Of a DNA stretch of 32,000 nucleotides, positions 21,057 to 31,754 are shown in pieces. Position 1 is the stretch's first letter; each line of letters begins with the position of its first letter. Made by a program: the position numbers and the translations under genes. Source of the stretch: Longivirga aurantiaca. Lineage in GTDB: Bacteria; Actinomycetota; Actinomycetes; S36-B12; CAIYMF01. Below the pieces are notes generated by a model. It saw only the letters and a list, made by a program, of their open reading frames with translations, was not told the origin of the DNA and ran no database searches. Location of the stretch: the NCBI RefSeq assembly GCF_042660085.1, contig NZ_JBHSTI010000008.1, positions 2,175,604 through 2,207,603 on the forward strand, read 5' to 3'.

Positions 21057-21356
21057 ATGTCGCTCCTCGGCTGGGGCAAGGCCAGCTGGATCATCAGCCT
21101 GCTGTTCATCCCGTTCCTCACCCCGCTGATCAACGTCGTCACGCAGGGCCCGACGACGGCCCAGCGCGACGCGCAGCGGTACACCGCGATGCGCGCCCAG
21201 CAGGACGACTACGGCCGCAACCTCGCGGCCCGCGCCGATCCCACCGCGCAGATCAAGCTGGCGCACGACCCGCTGCCGTCCGGCACCATCGCCCAGGCCG
21301 AGTTCGACGCCATCACGTCCAAGGCGCTCGCCTGGCCGGAGGGATTCCGCCCATGA
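21057..21356 (+). CDS. Small membrane protein with SHOCT-like C-terminus
   Basis: MSLLGWGKASWIISLLFIPFLTPLINVV...AQIKLAHDPLPSGTIAQAEFDAITSKAL. Stop overlaps the next ATG (ATGA at 21353-21356). Confidence 0.6.
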   Translation: MSLLGWGKASWIISLLFIPFLTPLINVVTQGPTTAQRDAQRYTAMRAQQDDYGRNLAARADPTAQIKLAHDPLPSGTIAQAEFDAITSKALAWPEGFRP

Positions 21357-23023
21357 CGAAGGTGCGCTGGGGGCGCGAGACCACGGCCGGCCTCGCGGGG
21401 GCCATCGGGTCCGTGCCCGACGGGATGGCCACGGCCGTCCTCGCGGGGGCGAACCCGATGGCAGGCCTGTACGCATCCTTCGCCGGGCCGACGGCAGGCG
21501 GACTGCTCCAGTCGACCACCGTCATGGTGGTGGCGACCACCTCAGCTGCGGCGGTGACAACGGCCGAGGTGATGACCGCCGGTCCCGCCGACCCGCTGAG
21601 GACGCTGGCGACCCTGACCGTCCTGGCCGGCGTCTTCATGCTGCTGGCAACCCGGCTGGGGTTCGCCAAGCTGATGCGGTTCGTCTCCGCATCGGTCATG
21701 GGCGGGTTCATGTTCGGGGTGGGGCTCATCCTGATCCTGGGCCAGCTCGCCGACGCCACCGGCGTGACCACCAGCGGAGGCTCCACGCTGGAGAAGGCGC
21801 TGAACACGCTGCGCCAATGGCAATCCTTCGACCTGGCCTCGATGCTCACCGCCGGCGCCGCCATCGCCCTCAGCATCGCCTTCGGCCGCGGAAAGCTGGT
21901 GGCGCTCGCCCCACTGATCGCCATCGCGATCCCCACCCTCGTCCTGGCGGCGACCGATGGCGAGGTGGCCACGGTGGAGTCGACGTCCGGAGCCATCGCG
22001 GTCGGGCTTCCCCCGCTGGTCCTGCCCGACCCGGGCCTGATCTCGCCCACACTGGTCGCGGCGGCGGCGGCCCTCACGATCGTCGTGCTGGTCCAGGCCG
22101 CCGGCGTCGGCGTGGCCTACCCCAACACCGACGGCACGGCCAACGACGTGACCCGCGACTTCTACGCCCAGGGCGGGTCGAACATCGCTTCAGGCCTCGT
22201 CGGCGGCGTACCGGTCGGAGGCAGCGTCGGCCAGACCGAGTTCAACGTCATGGCTGGGGGGCGGACGCGGTGGGCGGTGATCATCAGCGGCCTCTGGATG
22301 CTGGTCTTCGTCGTCGCCCTCGGGCCGGTGCTGTCGGCTGTGCCCATCCCAGCCCTGGCAGGGCTGCTGATCCTGGCCGGCTTCGGCTCCCTGAAGCCGC
22401 GGACGCTGGCCCGCTCCTGGCGCACCGGCAAGGCCTCCGCAGCTGCTGCGCTGATCACCATGGGCGCCACCTTGCTGGTCCCGATCCACATCGCCGTCCT
22501 GGTCGGCGTGGTCCTGTCGCTGCTCCTGTCGGCGATCACCGGGGCGTCGGCGACCCATATCGTCGCCCTGGAACCCGCGGGACCGGGCCACTGGCGTCGC
22601 GCCGCGGTCCCCACCGAACTGGCACCTGGGCAGGTCACCGCCCTCGACATCGAGGGGGCGGGGGGCTTCGTCTCCGTTCCCGCCCTGTTCGCGCAGTTGC
22701 CCGCCGTTCCCGGCGACGGCGGCCGGGAAGGTGAACGGCTCTTCGCCGTCGTCCTGCGGCTGCGCGGCCACCTCCGGACCAACCTAACCTTCACCAAGGC
22801 TCTCGAGGCCTACGGCGAGCAGCTCGCCGCGTCCGGCGGCCACCTGAGCGTATGCGGCCTGCAACCCGGCACCATCGCCCAGCTGCGAGCCGCAGGACTG
22901 CCGGAGACCATCGCGCTCATCGCCCAGGGCGAGGAGACGGACGGGTCGCTGGCAGTCGCCTACGCCCGGGCCGGCGACTGGCTGACGGAGTCGGGGGCGC
23001 AGCCTCCCTCAGACGCGGTCTGA
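21353..23023 (+). CDS. SulP family inorganic anion transporter
   Basis: ETTAGLAGAIGSVPDGMATAVLAGANPMAGLYASFAGPTAGGLLQSTTVMVVATTSAAAV...; VPVGGSVGQTEFNVMAGGRTRWA; weak C-terminal STAS-like region. Confidence 0.87.
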   Translation: MTKVRWGRETTAGLAGAIGSVPDGMATAVLAGANPMAGLYASFAGPTAGGLLQSTTVMVVATTSAAAVTTAEVMTAGPADPLRTLATLTVLAGVFMLLATRLGFAKLMRFVSASVMGGFMFGVGLILILGQLADATGVTTSGGSTLEKALNTLRQWQSFDLASMLTAGAAIALSIAFGRGKLVALAPLIAIAIPTLVLAATDGEVATVESTSGAIAVGLPPLVLPDPGLISPTLVAAAAALTIVVLVQAAGVGVAYPNTDGTANDVTRDFYAQGGSNIASGLVGGVPVGGSVGQTEFNVMAGGRTRWAVIISGLWMLVFVVALGPVLSAVPIPALAGLLILAGFGSLKPRTLARSWRTGKASAAAALITMGATLLVPIHIAVLVGVVLSLLLSAITGASATHIVALEPAGPGHWRRAAVPTELAPGQVTALDIEGAGGFVSVPALFAQLPAVPGDGGREGERLFAVVLRLRGHLRTNLTFTKALEAYGEQLAASGGHLSVCGLQPGTIAQLRAAGLPETIALIAQGEETDGSLAVAYARAGDWLTESGAQPPSDAV

Positions 23024-23160
23024 GCCGGCGCCCGGGAGCAGGCGCCTTCAGCGGCCCCACTTCTCCGCGCCGCGGGTGCCGTTCCAGCAGCGGGTGAGAC
23101 CTTCGTCGGGCGGCCCGCAGCGGGGGCTAAGGTCCCCGTCCATCGAACGCCAGAACGGAT

Positions 23161-23195
23161 GATGCTCCGACCCGAAGAGCGTGGGTCGGAGCATC
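23161..23195 (-). terminator. Hairpin immediately 3' of tRNA-Ala (probable terminator)
   Basis: Perfect 13-bp inverted repeat GATGCTCCGACCC (23161-23173) / GGGTCGGAGCATC (23183-23195), 9-nt loop, 9 nt past the tRNA 3' end. Confidence 0.65.
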
Positions 23196-23204
23196 TTCCA
23201 TAGG

Positions 23205-23277
23205 TGGAGCTGAGGGGACTCGAACCCCTGACCCCCTGCATGCCATGCAGGTGCGCTACCAGCTGCGCCACAGCCCC
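23205..23277 (-). tRNA. tRNA-Ala (anticodon GGC)
   Basis: Minus strand GGGGCTGTGGCGCAGCTGGTAGCGCACCTGCATGGCATGCAGGGGGTCAGGGGTTCGAGTCCCCTCAGCTCCA; cloverleaf stems present; anticodon loop ATGGCAT; 73 nt. Confidence 0.95.
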
Positions 23278-23331
23278 GTGCAGTCGTGCCGGGAAAGCAT
23301 AAGGGAGAGCGCTGCCCGAGGTGAAATCGGG

Positions 23332-23970
23332 CTAGGACTCGTCGCCGAACACGTCCTCGGGCAGCGAACGGGCGTTGTGCTCGGTCAGGCGCCAGCGGCC
23401 GTCGGCCAGCTCCTCGAGCACCGACCAGGCGCAGTTCACGAGGCCGCCGAGCGCCGTCCAGTGCTCCTGCGGCAGGTGCAGCAGGGTGCCGATGCCCGCG
23501 CGGATCGCACCGCCGTGGCTCGCCACCACGAGGGTCCCGCCCGGCGGCAGAAGATCGGCGTGCCGGAGCACGGCGGCGCTCACGCGCACCGAGACGTCGG
23601 TGCGCGTCTCGCCGTCGCCGGCGGGGACGTCGTCGCCGGAGAGCCAGCGGCGGAAGTGGACGCCGTCGGTCGCGATGATCTCGTCGCGCACGAGGCCCTG
23701 CCAGCGGCCGGCGTACGTCTCGCGCAGGTCCGGGTCGGTCTCCACCGGCAGCCCGACGATCTCGCCCAGCTTCTCGGCCGTCACCCGGGCGCGCGCCAGG
23801 TCGCTCGCGACGATGCGCGCCGGGGCGAGGGTGGCGAGGTCGCGCGCAGCGCGCTCGGCCTGGGCGATGCCGACCTCGTCGAGGGGGACGTCGGTCGATC
23901 CCTGGAAGCGCGACTCCGCGTTCCAGGCGGTGCGGCCGTGCCGCCAGAGGACGACGCGGCGCGCGGTCAC
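23332..23970 (-). CDS. Histidine phosphatase (phosphoglycerate mutase-like) family protein
   Basis: VVLWRHGRTAWNAESRFQG (RHG motif), VVASHGGAIRAG. GTG start at 23970 overlaps the rsfS stop (GTGA). Confidence 0.9.
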   Translation of the reverse strand: MTARRVVLWRHGRTAWNAESRFQGSTDVPLDEVGIAQAERAARDLATLAPARIVASDLARARVTAEKLGEIVGLPVETDPDLRETYAGRWQGLVRDEIIATDGVHFRRWLSGDDVPAGDGETRTDVSVRVSAAVLRHADLLPPGGTLVVASHGGAIRAGIGTLLHLPQEHWTALGGLVNCAWSVLEELADGRWRLTEHNARSLPEDVFGDES

Positions 23971-24383
23971 GCGTCGCTCGCTGCGTCGCCGTCCCGCTCG
24001 GCGTGGACGTCGCGCGGCTTCCCGACGGACTCGGGCAGCGGGATCCGCGTGCCGTCCTTCCACAGCCGCTCGAGGCCGTAGTAGTGCCGCTCCTCGTCGT
24101 GCTGCACGTGCACGACGATGTCGATGTAGTCGAGGAGCACCCAGCGGCCGTCGCGCTCGCCCTCGCGGCGCACGGGGTCGACGTCGATCTTGTCGAGCGC
24201 CTCCTCGATGCCGTCGACGATGGCCTTGACCTGGCGGTCGTTGGCGGCCGAGCAGAGCAGGAAGACGTCGGTGATGACGAGGGTCTCGGACACGTCGAGC
24301 GCGACGATGTCCTCCGCGAGCTTCTCGGCGGCTGCCTCGGCAGCGATCGCAGTCAGCTCCAGCGCACGGGCGGAGGCGGTCAC
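23967..24383 (-). CDS. rsfS: Ribosome silencing factor
   Basis: LVITDVFLLCSAANDRQVKAIVDGIEEAL...DGRWVLLDYIDIVVHVQHDEERHYYGLERLWKD: RsfS/Iojap signature. Confidence 0.95.
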   Translation of the reverse strand: MTASARALELTAIAAEAAAEKLAEDIVALDVSETLVITDVFLLCSAANDRQVKAIVDGIEEALDKIDVDPVRREGERDGRWVLLDYIDIVVHVQHDEERHYYGLERLWKDGTRIPLPESVGKPRDVHAERDGDAASDA

Positions 24384-24450
24384 GGACGGTCCTTTCGACG
24401 GGGAACGTCCGATTCTCTCACGCGGGCGAGCGACCGCCGAACCGTCGAGG

Positions 24451-26177
<1,727 letters not shown>

Positions 26178-26181
<4 letters not shown>

Positions 26182-26780
26182 GCGCCCGCCTCCCGGTAGA
26201 GGCCGTGGTCGGCGATGTACTGCGCGACGCCGTCGGGCACGAGGTAGCGGAGGGGGGCGCCGGCGGCGACGCGGGCACGGCAGTCGGACGACGAGATGTC
26301 CAGCGCCGGGATCTCGACGTACGTGACCGCGTCGGCAGCAAGACCCAGACGGCCGGGGGCCTCGAGGTCGTGCCCCGGGCGCGTCACGCCGACGAGGTGC
26401 GCCAGCGCCGGGATCTCCTCGGCTCGGTGCCAGGTGGCGAGGCCGGCCAGTGCGTCTGCGCCGGTGATGAGGAAGAGCTCGACGTCCGGGCCGAGCTCGG
26501 CCCGGAGGTCGGCGAGCGTGTCCACCGTGAACGTCGGACCGTCACGATCGACGTCGACCCGGGACGCCGCGAGGCGCGGGTCGGGGTCGGTCGCGATGAC
26601 GGTCATGGCGTAACGGTCCTCGGCTGGGCTGATGTCCGGACGGGTCTTCTGCCACTGCTGCCCCGCGGGCACGAGCAGCACCTGGTCGAGGCCGAGACGG
26701 AAGGCGACCTCGCTGGCCGCGACGAGATGCCCGTGGTGGATCGGGTCGAACGTTCCGCCCAGCACCCCCACGCGACGCAC
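26178..26780 (-). CDS. nadD: Nicotinate-nucleotide adenylyltransferase
   Basis: [44 protein letters not shown]; [34 protein letters not shown]. Confidence 0.96.
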
Positions 26781-26796
26781 GGCCGGACGGCGCCCG

Positions 26797-26943
26797 TCAG
26801 CGGTCGATGTTGACGCGGGTGACCACGAAGAGCAGCGCGAGGAGCACGACGAGCGTGAACGCCCCGAAGGCCCACTTCGACGGCAGGTCGGAGTGCTCGT
26901 TGGCGACCATCGTGGCCTCGGCCAGGAAAGCTGCGGCGTTCAT
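26797..26943 (-). CDS. Small single-pass membrane protein (~48 aa)
   Basis: [48 protein letters not shown]. Clear TM segment between nadD and proA; start uncertain. Confidence 0.6.
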   Translation of the reverse strand: MNAAAFLAEATMVANEHSDLPSKWAFGAFTLVVLLALLFVVTRVNIDR

Positions 26944-27076
26944 CGCGCGTACCCCTCGCTCCTCGTCGCACGGCGCGACGCACATGCCCGTGTCCGGGTA
27001 GGGGCGAGAATAGCAACGGGCAGGGCCGGAGGCCCTGACCGGCCCGCGGACGCGTCCCGATCGTGACCCGGGCGGG

Positions 27077-28360
27077 TCAGCCGCGCACGTGCCCGTCGCC
27101 GGTGACGACGTACGTCGTGCTCGTCAGCTCCGCGAGGCCCATGGGGCCGCGGGCGTGCAGCTTCTGGGTGGAGATGCCGATCTCCGCACCGAAGCCGAAC
27201 TCGGCGCCGTCGGTGAAGCGGGTTGACGCGTTGACCATGACCGCTGCGGAGTCGACGCCGGTGATGAAGGCCTGGATGGCCGACGCCGAGTCGCTCACGA
27301 TCGCCTCGGTGTGCCCGGACGACCAGCGGCGGATGTGGGTGAGCGCGGCGTCGAGGTCCTCGACGACGCCGGCGGCGATGTCGAGCGAGTAGTACTCCGC
27401 CGCCCAGTCCTCGTCGGTGACGGGCGCGAACGCGATCCCTGCGGCCTCGGCGTACGGCGCCATCCGGGCGTCGCCGTGGATCGTGACGCCCTTGTCGCGC
27501 AGGGCCGACAGCGCGCGCGGCAGGAAGGCGTCGGCCACGTCGGCGTGCACCAGGAAGGTCTCCGCGGTGTTGCACACGCTCACGCGCTGCGTCTTGGCGT
27601 TGACGAGGATCGCGACGGCCTTGTCGAGGTCGGCCGCGGCGTCGACGTAGACGTGGCAGTTGCCCACCCCCGTCTCGATCACCGGCACGGTGGACTCCTC
27701 GACGACGCTGCGGATCAGCCCCGCTCCCCCGCGCGGGATCAGCACGTCGACCAGGCCGCGCGCGGTCATGAGGTGCTTCACCGACTCGTGCGTGGTGCCG
27801 GGCACGAGCGCGATCGCGTCGGCGGGCAGGCCTGCGGCCACCAGCGCCTCGCGCATCACCTCGACCAGGACCACGTTCGTGCCGTACGCCGACGAGCTGC
27901 CGCGCAGCAGGGAGGCGTTGCCGCTCTTCAGGCACAGCACCGCGGCGTCGACGGTGACGTTCGGGCGCGCCTCGTAGATCATCCCGACGACGCCGAGGGG
28001 CACGCGCACCTGCCGCACGTCGAGGCCGTTCGGGAGCGCGTAGCCGCGGACGACCTCGCCGACGGGGTCGGGCAGGGCTGCGACGTCGCGCGCGGCGTCC
28101 GCGATCGCGTGCAGGCGGTCCGGCGTCAGGGTGAGCCGGTCGACGATCGCGGGGTCGGTGCCGTTCTCGACCGCTCGCGCGACGTCGACCGCGTTGGCCG
28201 CCACCACGCGGTCGGTGGCGGCGTCGAGGGCATCGGCGATCGCGAGCACCGCGGCGTCCTTCTGGCTGCGGCGCAGCGCGCGCAGCGTGACGGCTGCCTC
28301 GCGGGCCGCGCGGGCGACCTCGTGGACGGCGTCGCGGTCGCTGCTGGTGTTCTCGCTCAC
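27077..28360 (-). CDS. proA: Gamma-glutamyl phosphate reductase (glutamate-5-semialdehyde dehydrogenase)
   Basis: [27 protein letters not shown]; [37 protein letters not shown]; [32 protein letters not shown]. Confidence 0.97.
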   Translation of the reverse strand: MSENTSSDRDAVHEVARAAREAAVTLRALRRSQKDAAVLAIADALDAATDRVVAANAVDVARAVENGTDPAIVDRLTLTPDRLHAIADAARDVAALPDPVGEVVRGYALPNGLDVRQVRVPLGVVGMIYEARPNVTVDAAVLCLKSGNASLLRGSSSAYGTNVVLVEVMREALVAAGLPADAIALVPGTTHESVKHLMTARGLVDVLIPRGGAGLIRSVVEESTVPVIETGVGNCHVYVDAAADLDKAVAILVNAKTQRVSVCNTAETFLVHADVADAFLPRALSALRDKGVTIHGDARMAPYAEAAGIAFAPVTDEDWAAEYYSLDIAAGVVEDLDAALTHIRRWSSGHTEAIVSDSASAIQAFITGVDSAAVMVNASTRFTDGAEFGFGAEIGISTQKLHARGPMGLAELTSTTYVVTGDGHVRG

Positions 28361-28396
28361 GGGGTCGAGGGTACCGGCGACGCTCCGCCCACCTGC

Positions 28397-29689
28397 TCAG
28401 ACCGGCGTCTCCTCGACCTCGGCGCCGCGCCGGGCGGCCTCGCGCCGCCGTCGCGAGTCGAGGAGCAGCATCACCGGCGTCGCCGTGATCCCATGGACGA
28501 CGATCGAGCCCACGACCACGAGAGCGGTGACGGACCAGATGTAGTCGCCCGCGGGGAAGTCGCCCTCGCTGAGCGCGAAGGCGACGTAGAAGAACGAGCC
28601 CACGCCCCGGACGCCGAAGAAGGCGATGACTGCTCGCTCCCGTGGACCGGTCTTGCCCGGCGTGAGCCCGATCCACCCGGCGAGCGGGCGGACGACGAGC
28701 AGCACCGCCGCGGCCACCACGATCTCGCTCCACCCGATGCCCACGAGCAGCCCGCGACCGACGGCGCCGCCGAGCAGCACGATCACGACGACGGTGAGGA
28801 TGCGTTCGATCTGCTCGACGAAGGTGTGCAGCACCACGTGGTACCCGTGCTGCCGCTCGGCTGCGCGGAGGGTGCAGGCGCAGACGAACACCGCGATGAA
28901 GCCGTAGCCGTGGATCGCCTCCGCAACGCCGTAGGCCATGAAGGTGGCTGCGATCGCCACGAACCCCTCGGACTTCTCGGCGAGGTGGAAGCGCTCGGCG
29001 AGGGTCGAGAAGAACAGGTGACCGAGCAGCCACCCCACGGCCAGACCGGTCGCGATGCCGGCCCCCAGCCTCCAGAGCACGTCCACCAGCACCCACTGTC
29101 CGAGCCACGCCGCGGGCGCGACACCCACGAGGCTGATGGCCACGGCGGCGTAGGTGAACGGGAACGCGAGCCCGTCGTTGAGCCCGGCCTCGGACGTCAG
29201 GGCGAACCGCGCCTCGTCGTCGGCGGCGTCCTCCTCGGTGACCGGCTCGCTGACCTGCACCTCGGTCGCGAGCACCGGGTCGGTGGGCGCGAGCACCGCG
29301 GCGAGCAGCACGGCGCTCGCCGCTCCGAGGCCGAGCACGGCCCATCCGAGGATGCCGACCGCGAGGATCGACACCGGCATCGTGATCGCGAGCAGCCGCC
29401 AGGTGGAGGACCAGGTGCCCCAGCCCACCGGTCGGTTGAGCGCGAGGCCCGCACCCATGAGCGAGACGAGGACGCAGACCTCGGTCAGGTGCAGGGCGAC
29501 GTCGCTGCCCGCGACCGGATCGGGATCGGGGAGGGCCGGGAAGAGCGCGAACGCCAGGATCCCCGCGCCGAGGAACACCATGGGCATCGACACCGGCACC
29601 CGGCCGAGGAGCTTGGGAAGGAGCGCGGCCGCCAGCGTCGCAAACCCCGCGACGGCGTAGAGCACGCCCGAGCCCTCGATCTCCACCAT
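28397..29689 (-). CDS. Cation:proton antiporter (NhaP/CPA1-like)
   Basis: VLLAAVLAPTDPVLATEVQV...FALTSEAGLNDGLAFPFTYAAVAI (CPA1 core motifs), 11-12 hydrophobic segments. Confidence 0.87.
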   Translation of the reverse strand: MVEIEGSGVLYAVAGFATLAAALLPKLLGRVPVSMPMVFLGAGILAFALFPALPDPDPVAGSDVALHLTEVCVLVSLMGAGLALNRPVGWGTWSSTWRLLAITMPVSILAVGILGWAVLGLGAASAVLLAAVLAPTDPVLATEVQVSEPVTEEDAADDEARFALTSEAGLNDGLAFPFTYAAVAISLVGVAPAAWLGQWVLVDVLWRLGAGIATGLAVGWLLGHLFFSTLAERFHLAEKSEGFVAIAATFMAYGVAEAIHGYGFIAVFVCACTLRAAERQHGYHVVLHTFVEQIERILTVVVIVLLGGAVGRGLLVGIGWSEIVVAAAVLLVVRPLAGWIGLTPGKTGPRERAVIAFFGVRGVGSFFYVAFALSEGDFPAGDYIWSVTALVVVGSIVVHGITATPVMLLLDSRRRREAARRGAEVEETPV

Positions 29690-29806
29690 CTGGCCACCGT
29701 AGGCGCGCAGAGCGCACAGCGGTGCTGACGAGCCGACGAGTTCGTGGAGCAGCGCCGCATCAGCGGGCGGCGTGCGGACCGCCGCGGCCGCCGGGCTCGC
29801 CCACGG

Positions 29807-30142
29807 TCAGAACGGGGCTACGCCGACCAGGCTCATCGGCACGGCAGGCATCCGGCCGCGCCGGTGGAACATGTCGCGGTCGACCACCTCGACGCCGACG
29901 ACCTGCCAGTCCGGGAGGCCGCAGCGCTCCTTGTGCTCGGCCCAGAGGCTGAGGGCGAGGGCGACGACCGACTGGGCGTCGGCCGCCTCCTCCCAGTAGC
30001 GCACCTCGGCGCGGTCGGCGCCGTACCGGCCCGAGAGCAGGAACGGATGGTCGTGGCTGAGGTGCTCCAGCGCGACGCGGATCTCGGGCTCGGCGACGGG
30101 GTCGCCGGCGACGGTGAGCGTGACGTGCCAGAACGGGAACAC
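29807..30142 (-). CDS. Conserved-looking hypothetical protein (~111 aa)
   Basis: C-terminal part of the 29807..30562 ORF in the same frame: VFPFWHVTLTVAGDPVAEPEIRVALEHLSHDHPFLLSGRYGADRAEVRYWEEAADAQSVVALALSLW... with GAGGAGG upstream of GTG. Confidence 0.55.
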   Translation of the reverse strand: MFPFWHVTLTVAGDPVAEPEIRVALEHLSHDHPFLLSGRYGADRAEVRYWEEAADAQSVVALALSLWAEHKERCGLPDWQVVGVEVVDRDMFHRRGRMPAVPMSLVGVAPF

Positions 30143-30170
30143 GGCTCCTGGCACCTCCTCGCGACCGCGC

Positions 30171-31289
30171 CTACGGGCGTAGGACGACCAGGTCGTCGCG
30201 GTGGACGACCTCCCGCTCGTACGCCGGCCCCAGCTCCCGGGCCAGGTCGCGGGTGGAACGCCCGAGCAGGCCTGGAAGCTCTGTCGAGTCAAAGTTGACC
30301 AGCCCGCGGGCCACGGTGTTGCCGTTTTCGTCGAGCAGGTCCACCGGATCACCCGCGACGAACACGCCGGTGACCGACGTGATGCCGGCAGGCAGCAGCG
30401 AGAGCCGCCGGCGTACGACGGCGTCGACGGCCCCGGGGTCGAGCGTGAGCCCGCCGCGTCCCGCCGTTGCGTGGCGCAGCCAGAGCAGCCGGGTGCCGCT
30501 GCGCTCCCCGGTCGCGTGGAAGAGCGTGCCGACCGCGGCGCCCGAGAGCGCGGACGCCGCATTGTCCGCGCTCGTCAGCACCACCGGGATCCCGGCGGAG
30601 GTCGCGATGCGCGCGGCCTCGACCTTGGTGACCATGCCGCCGAGGCCCACTCCTGATCCGGTGCCGCCGACCTCGACCCCGGCGAGGTCGGACTCCCCGC
30701 GCACGTCGGTGATGAGCGAGGACCCGTCGCGGCTCGGCGGGCCGTCGTACAGCCCGTCGACGTCCGACAGCAGCACGAGGAGGTCGGCCTGCACGAGGTG
30801 GGCGACGAGGGCCGCGAGCCTGTCGTTGTCGCCGAAGCGGATCTCGTCCGTTGCGACGGTGTCGTTCTCGTTGACGATCGGGACGACGCCGAGCTCAAGC
30901 AGCCGGTAGAGGGTGCGCTGCGCGTTGCGGTAGTGGCTGCGGCGGATCACGTCCTCGGCGGTGAGCAGCACCTGGCCGACCGTGCGGCCGTGGCGGGCGA
31001 ACGCGCCGGTGTAGTGGGCGAGCAGGATCCCCTGACCCACGCTCGCTGCCGCCTGCTGGGTGGCGAGGTCGCGCGGACGGCGGCTGATCTTCAGCGTAGG
31101 AAGGCCGGTCGCGATCGCGCCGGAGCTGACCAGCACCAGCTCGACGCCGGCGCCGAGCCGGTCGCCGAGAGCGTCGACCAATGCGTCCACGCGCACGGCG
31201 TCGAGCCCGCCGCCGCGGTTGGTCAGGGACGACGACCCGACCTTCACCACGACGCGCGAGGCCCTGGTGACGACCTGCCGCTTGCCCAC
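30171..31289 (-). CDS. proB: Glutamate 5-kinase
   Basis: RVVVKVGSSSLT...ELVLVSSGAIATGLPTL...NENDTVATDEIRFGDNDRLAALVAHLVQADLLVLLSDVDGLYDGPP...; C-terminal PUA domain. Confidence 0.97.
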   Translation of the reverse strand: MGKRQVVTRASRVVVKVGSSSLTNRGGGLDAVRVDALVDALGDRLGAGVELVLVSSGAIATGLPTLKISRRPRDLATQQAAASVGQGILLAHYTGAFARHGRTVGQVLLTAEDVIRRSHYRNAQRTLYRLLELGVVPIVNENDTVATDEIRFGDNDRLAALVAHLVQADLLVLLSDVDGLYDGPPSRDGSSLITDVRGESDLAGVEVGGTGSGVGLGGMVTKVEAARIATSAGIPVVLTSADNAASALSGAAVGTLFHATGERSGTRLLWLRHATAGRGGLTLDPGAVDAVVRRRLSLLPAGITSVTGVFVAGDPVDLLDENGNTVARGLVNFDSTELPGLLGRSTRDLARELGPAYEREVVHRDDLVVLRP

Positions 31290-31344
31290 GAGCGCACATC
31301 CTGCCAGGGCGGTCGACGTCGGCCCCGGGTGGTATCAACGGCGC

Positions 31345-31641
31345 ATGAGCATCGAGGCGGCCTTCGCCGCGCCGCTGTGGCGCTGGAGCGGCGAGAGCGC
31401 GTGGCACTTCCTCACCGTGCCCGAGGCCGTGAGCGACGACATCCGCTCGTGCGTCGAGCCCGGCCCCGGCTTCGGCTCGGTGCGCGTGACTGTCACCGTC
31501 GGCGCGAGCACCTGGGAGACCTCGGTGTTCCCGGACGCGAAGTCGGGCCGCTACCTGCTGCCCGTGAAGGCCGGCGTACGCCGGAAGGAGCGGATCGAGG
31601 ACGGCGACGAGGTCGACGTGCACCTCGTGGTGCACGTCTGA
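31345..31641 (+). CDS. DUF1905 domain-containing protein
   Basis: MSIEAAFAAPLWRWSGESAWHFLTVPEAVSDDIR...GFGSVRVTVTVGASTWETSVFPDAKSGRYLLPVKAGVRRKERIEDGDEVDVHLVV. Confidence 0.88.
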   Translation: MSIEAAFAAPLWRWSGESAWHFLTVPEAVSDDIRSCVEPGPGFGSVRVTVTVGASTWETSVFPDAKSGRYLLPVKAGVRRKERIEDGDEVDVHLVVHV

Positions 31642-31662
31642 CCCCGCTCGGCGCGTGAATCT

Positions 31663-31722
31663 GCCCCCGGTTTGGTCGTGACTTCACGACCAAACCGCTG
31701 CAGAAGCAGCCAATCCGGGGGC
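31663..31722. terminator. Composite inverted-repeat element between convergent genes (possible bidirectional terminator)
   Basis: Perfect 13-bp hairpin GGTTTGGTCGTGA (31669-31681)/TCACGACCAAACC (31684-31696); GCTGC/GCAGC (31697-31701/31706-31710); competing outer arms GCCCCCGGTTTGG (31663-31675)/CCAATCCGGGGGC (31710-31722), one mismatch. Confidence 0.55.
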
Positions 31723-31754
31723 AAATCGCCGTGACTGCGCGGGAGGGTGCAGGG

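Noticed and set aside
26940-29717. 925-aa minus ORF across proA/antiporter
   Set aside because: R/G/A-rich alternate frame of well-supported proA and CPA1 antiporter genes.
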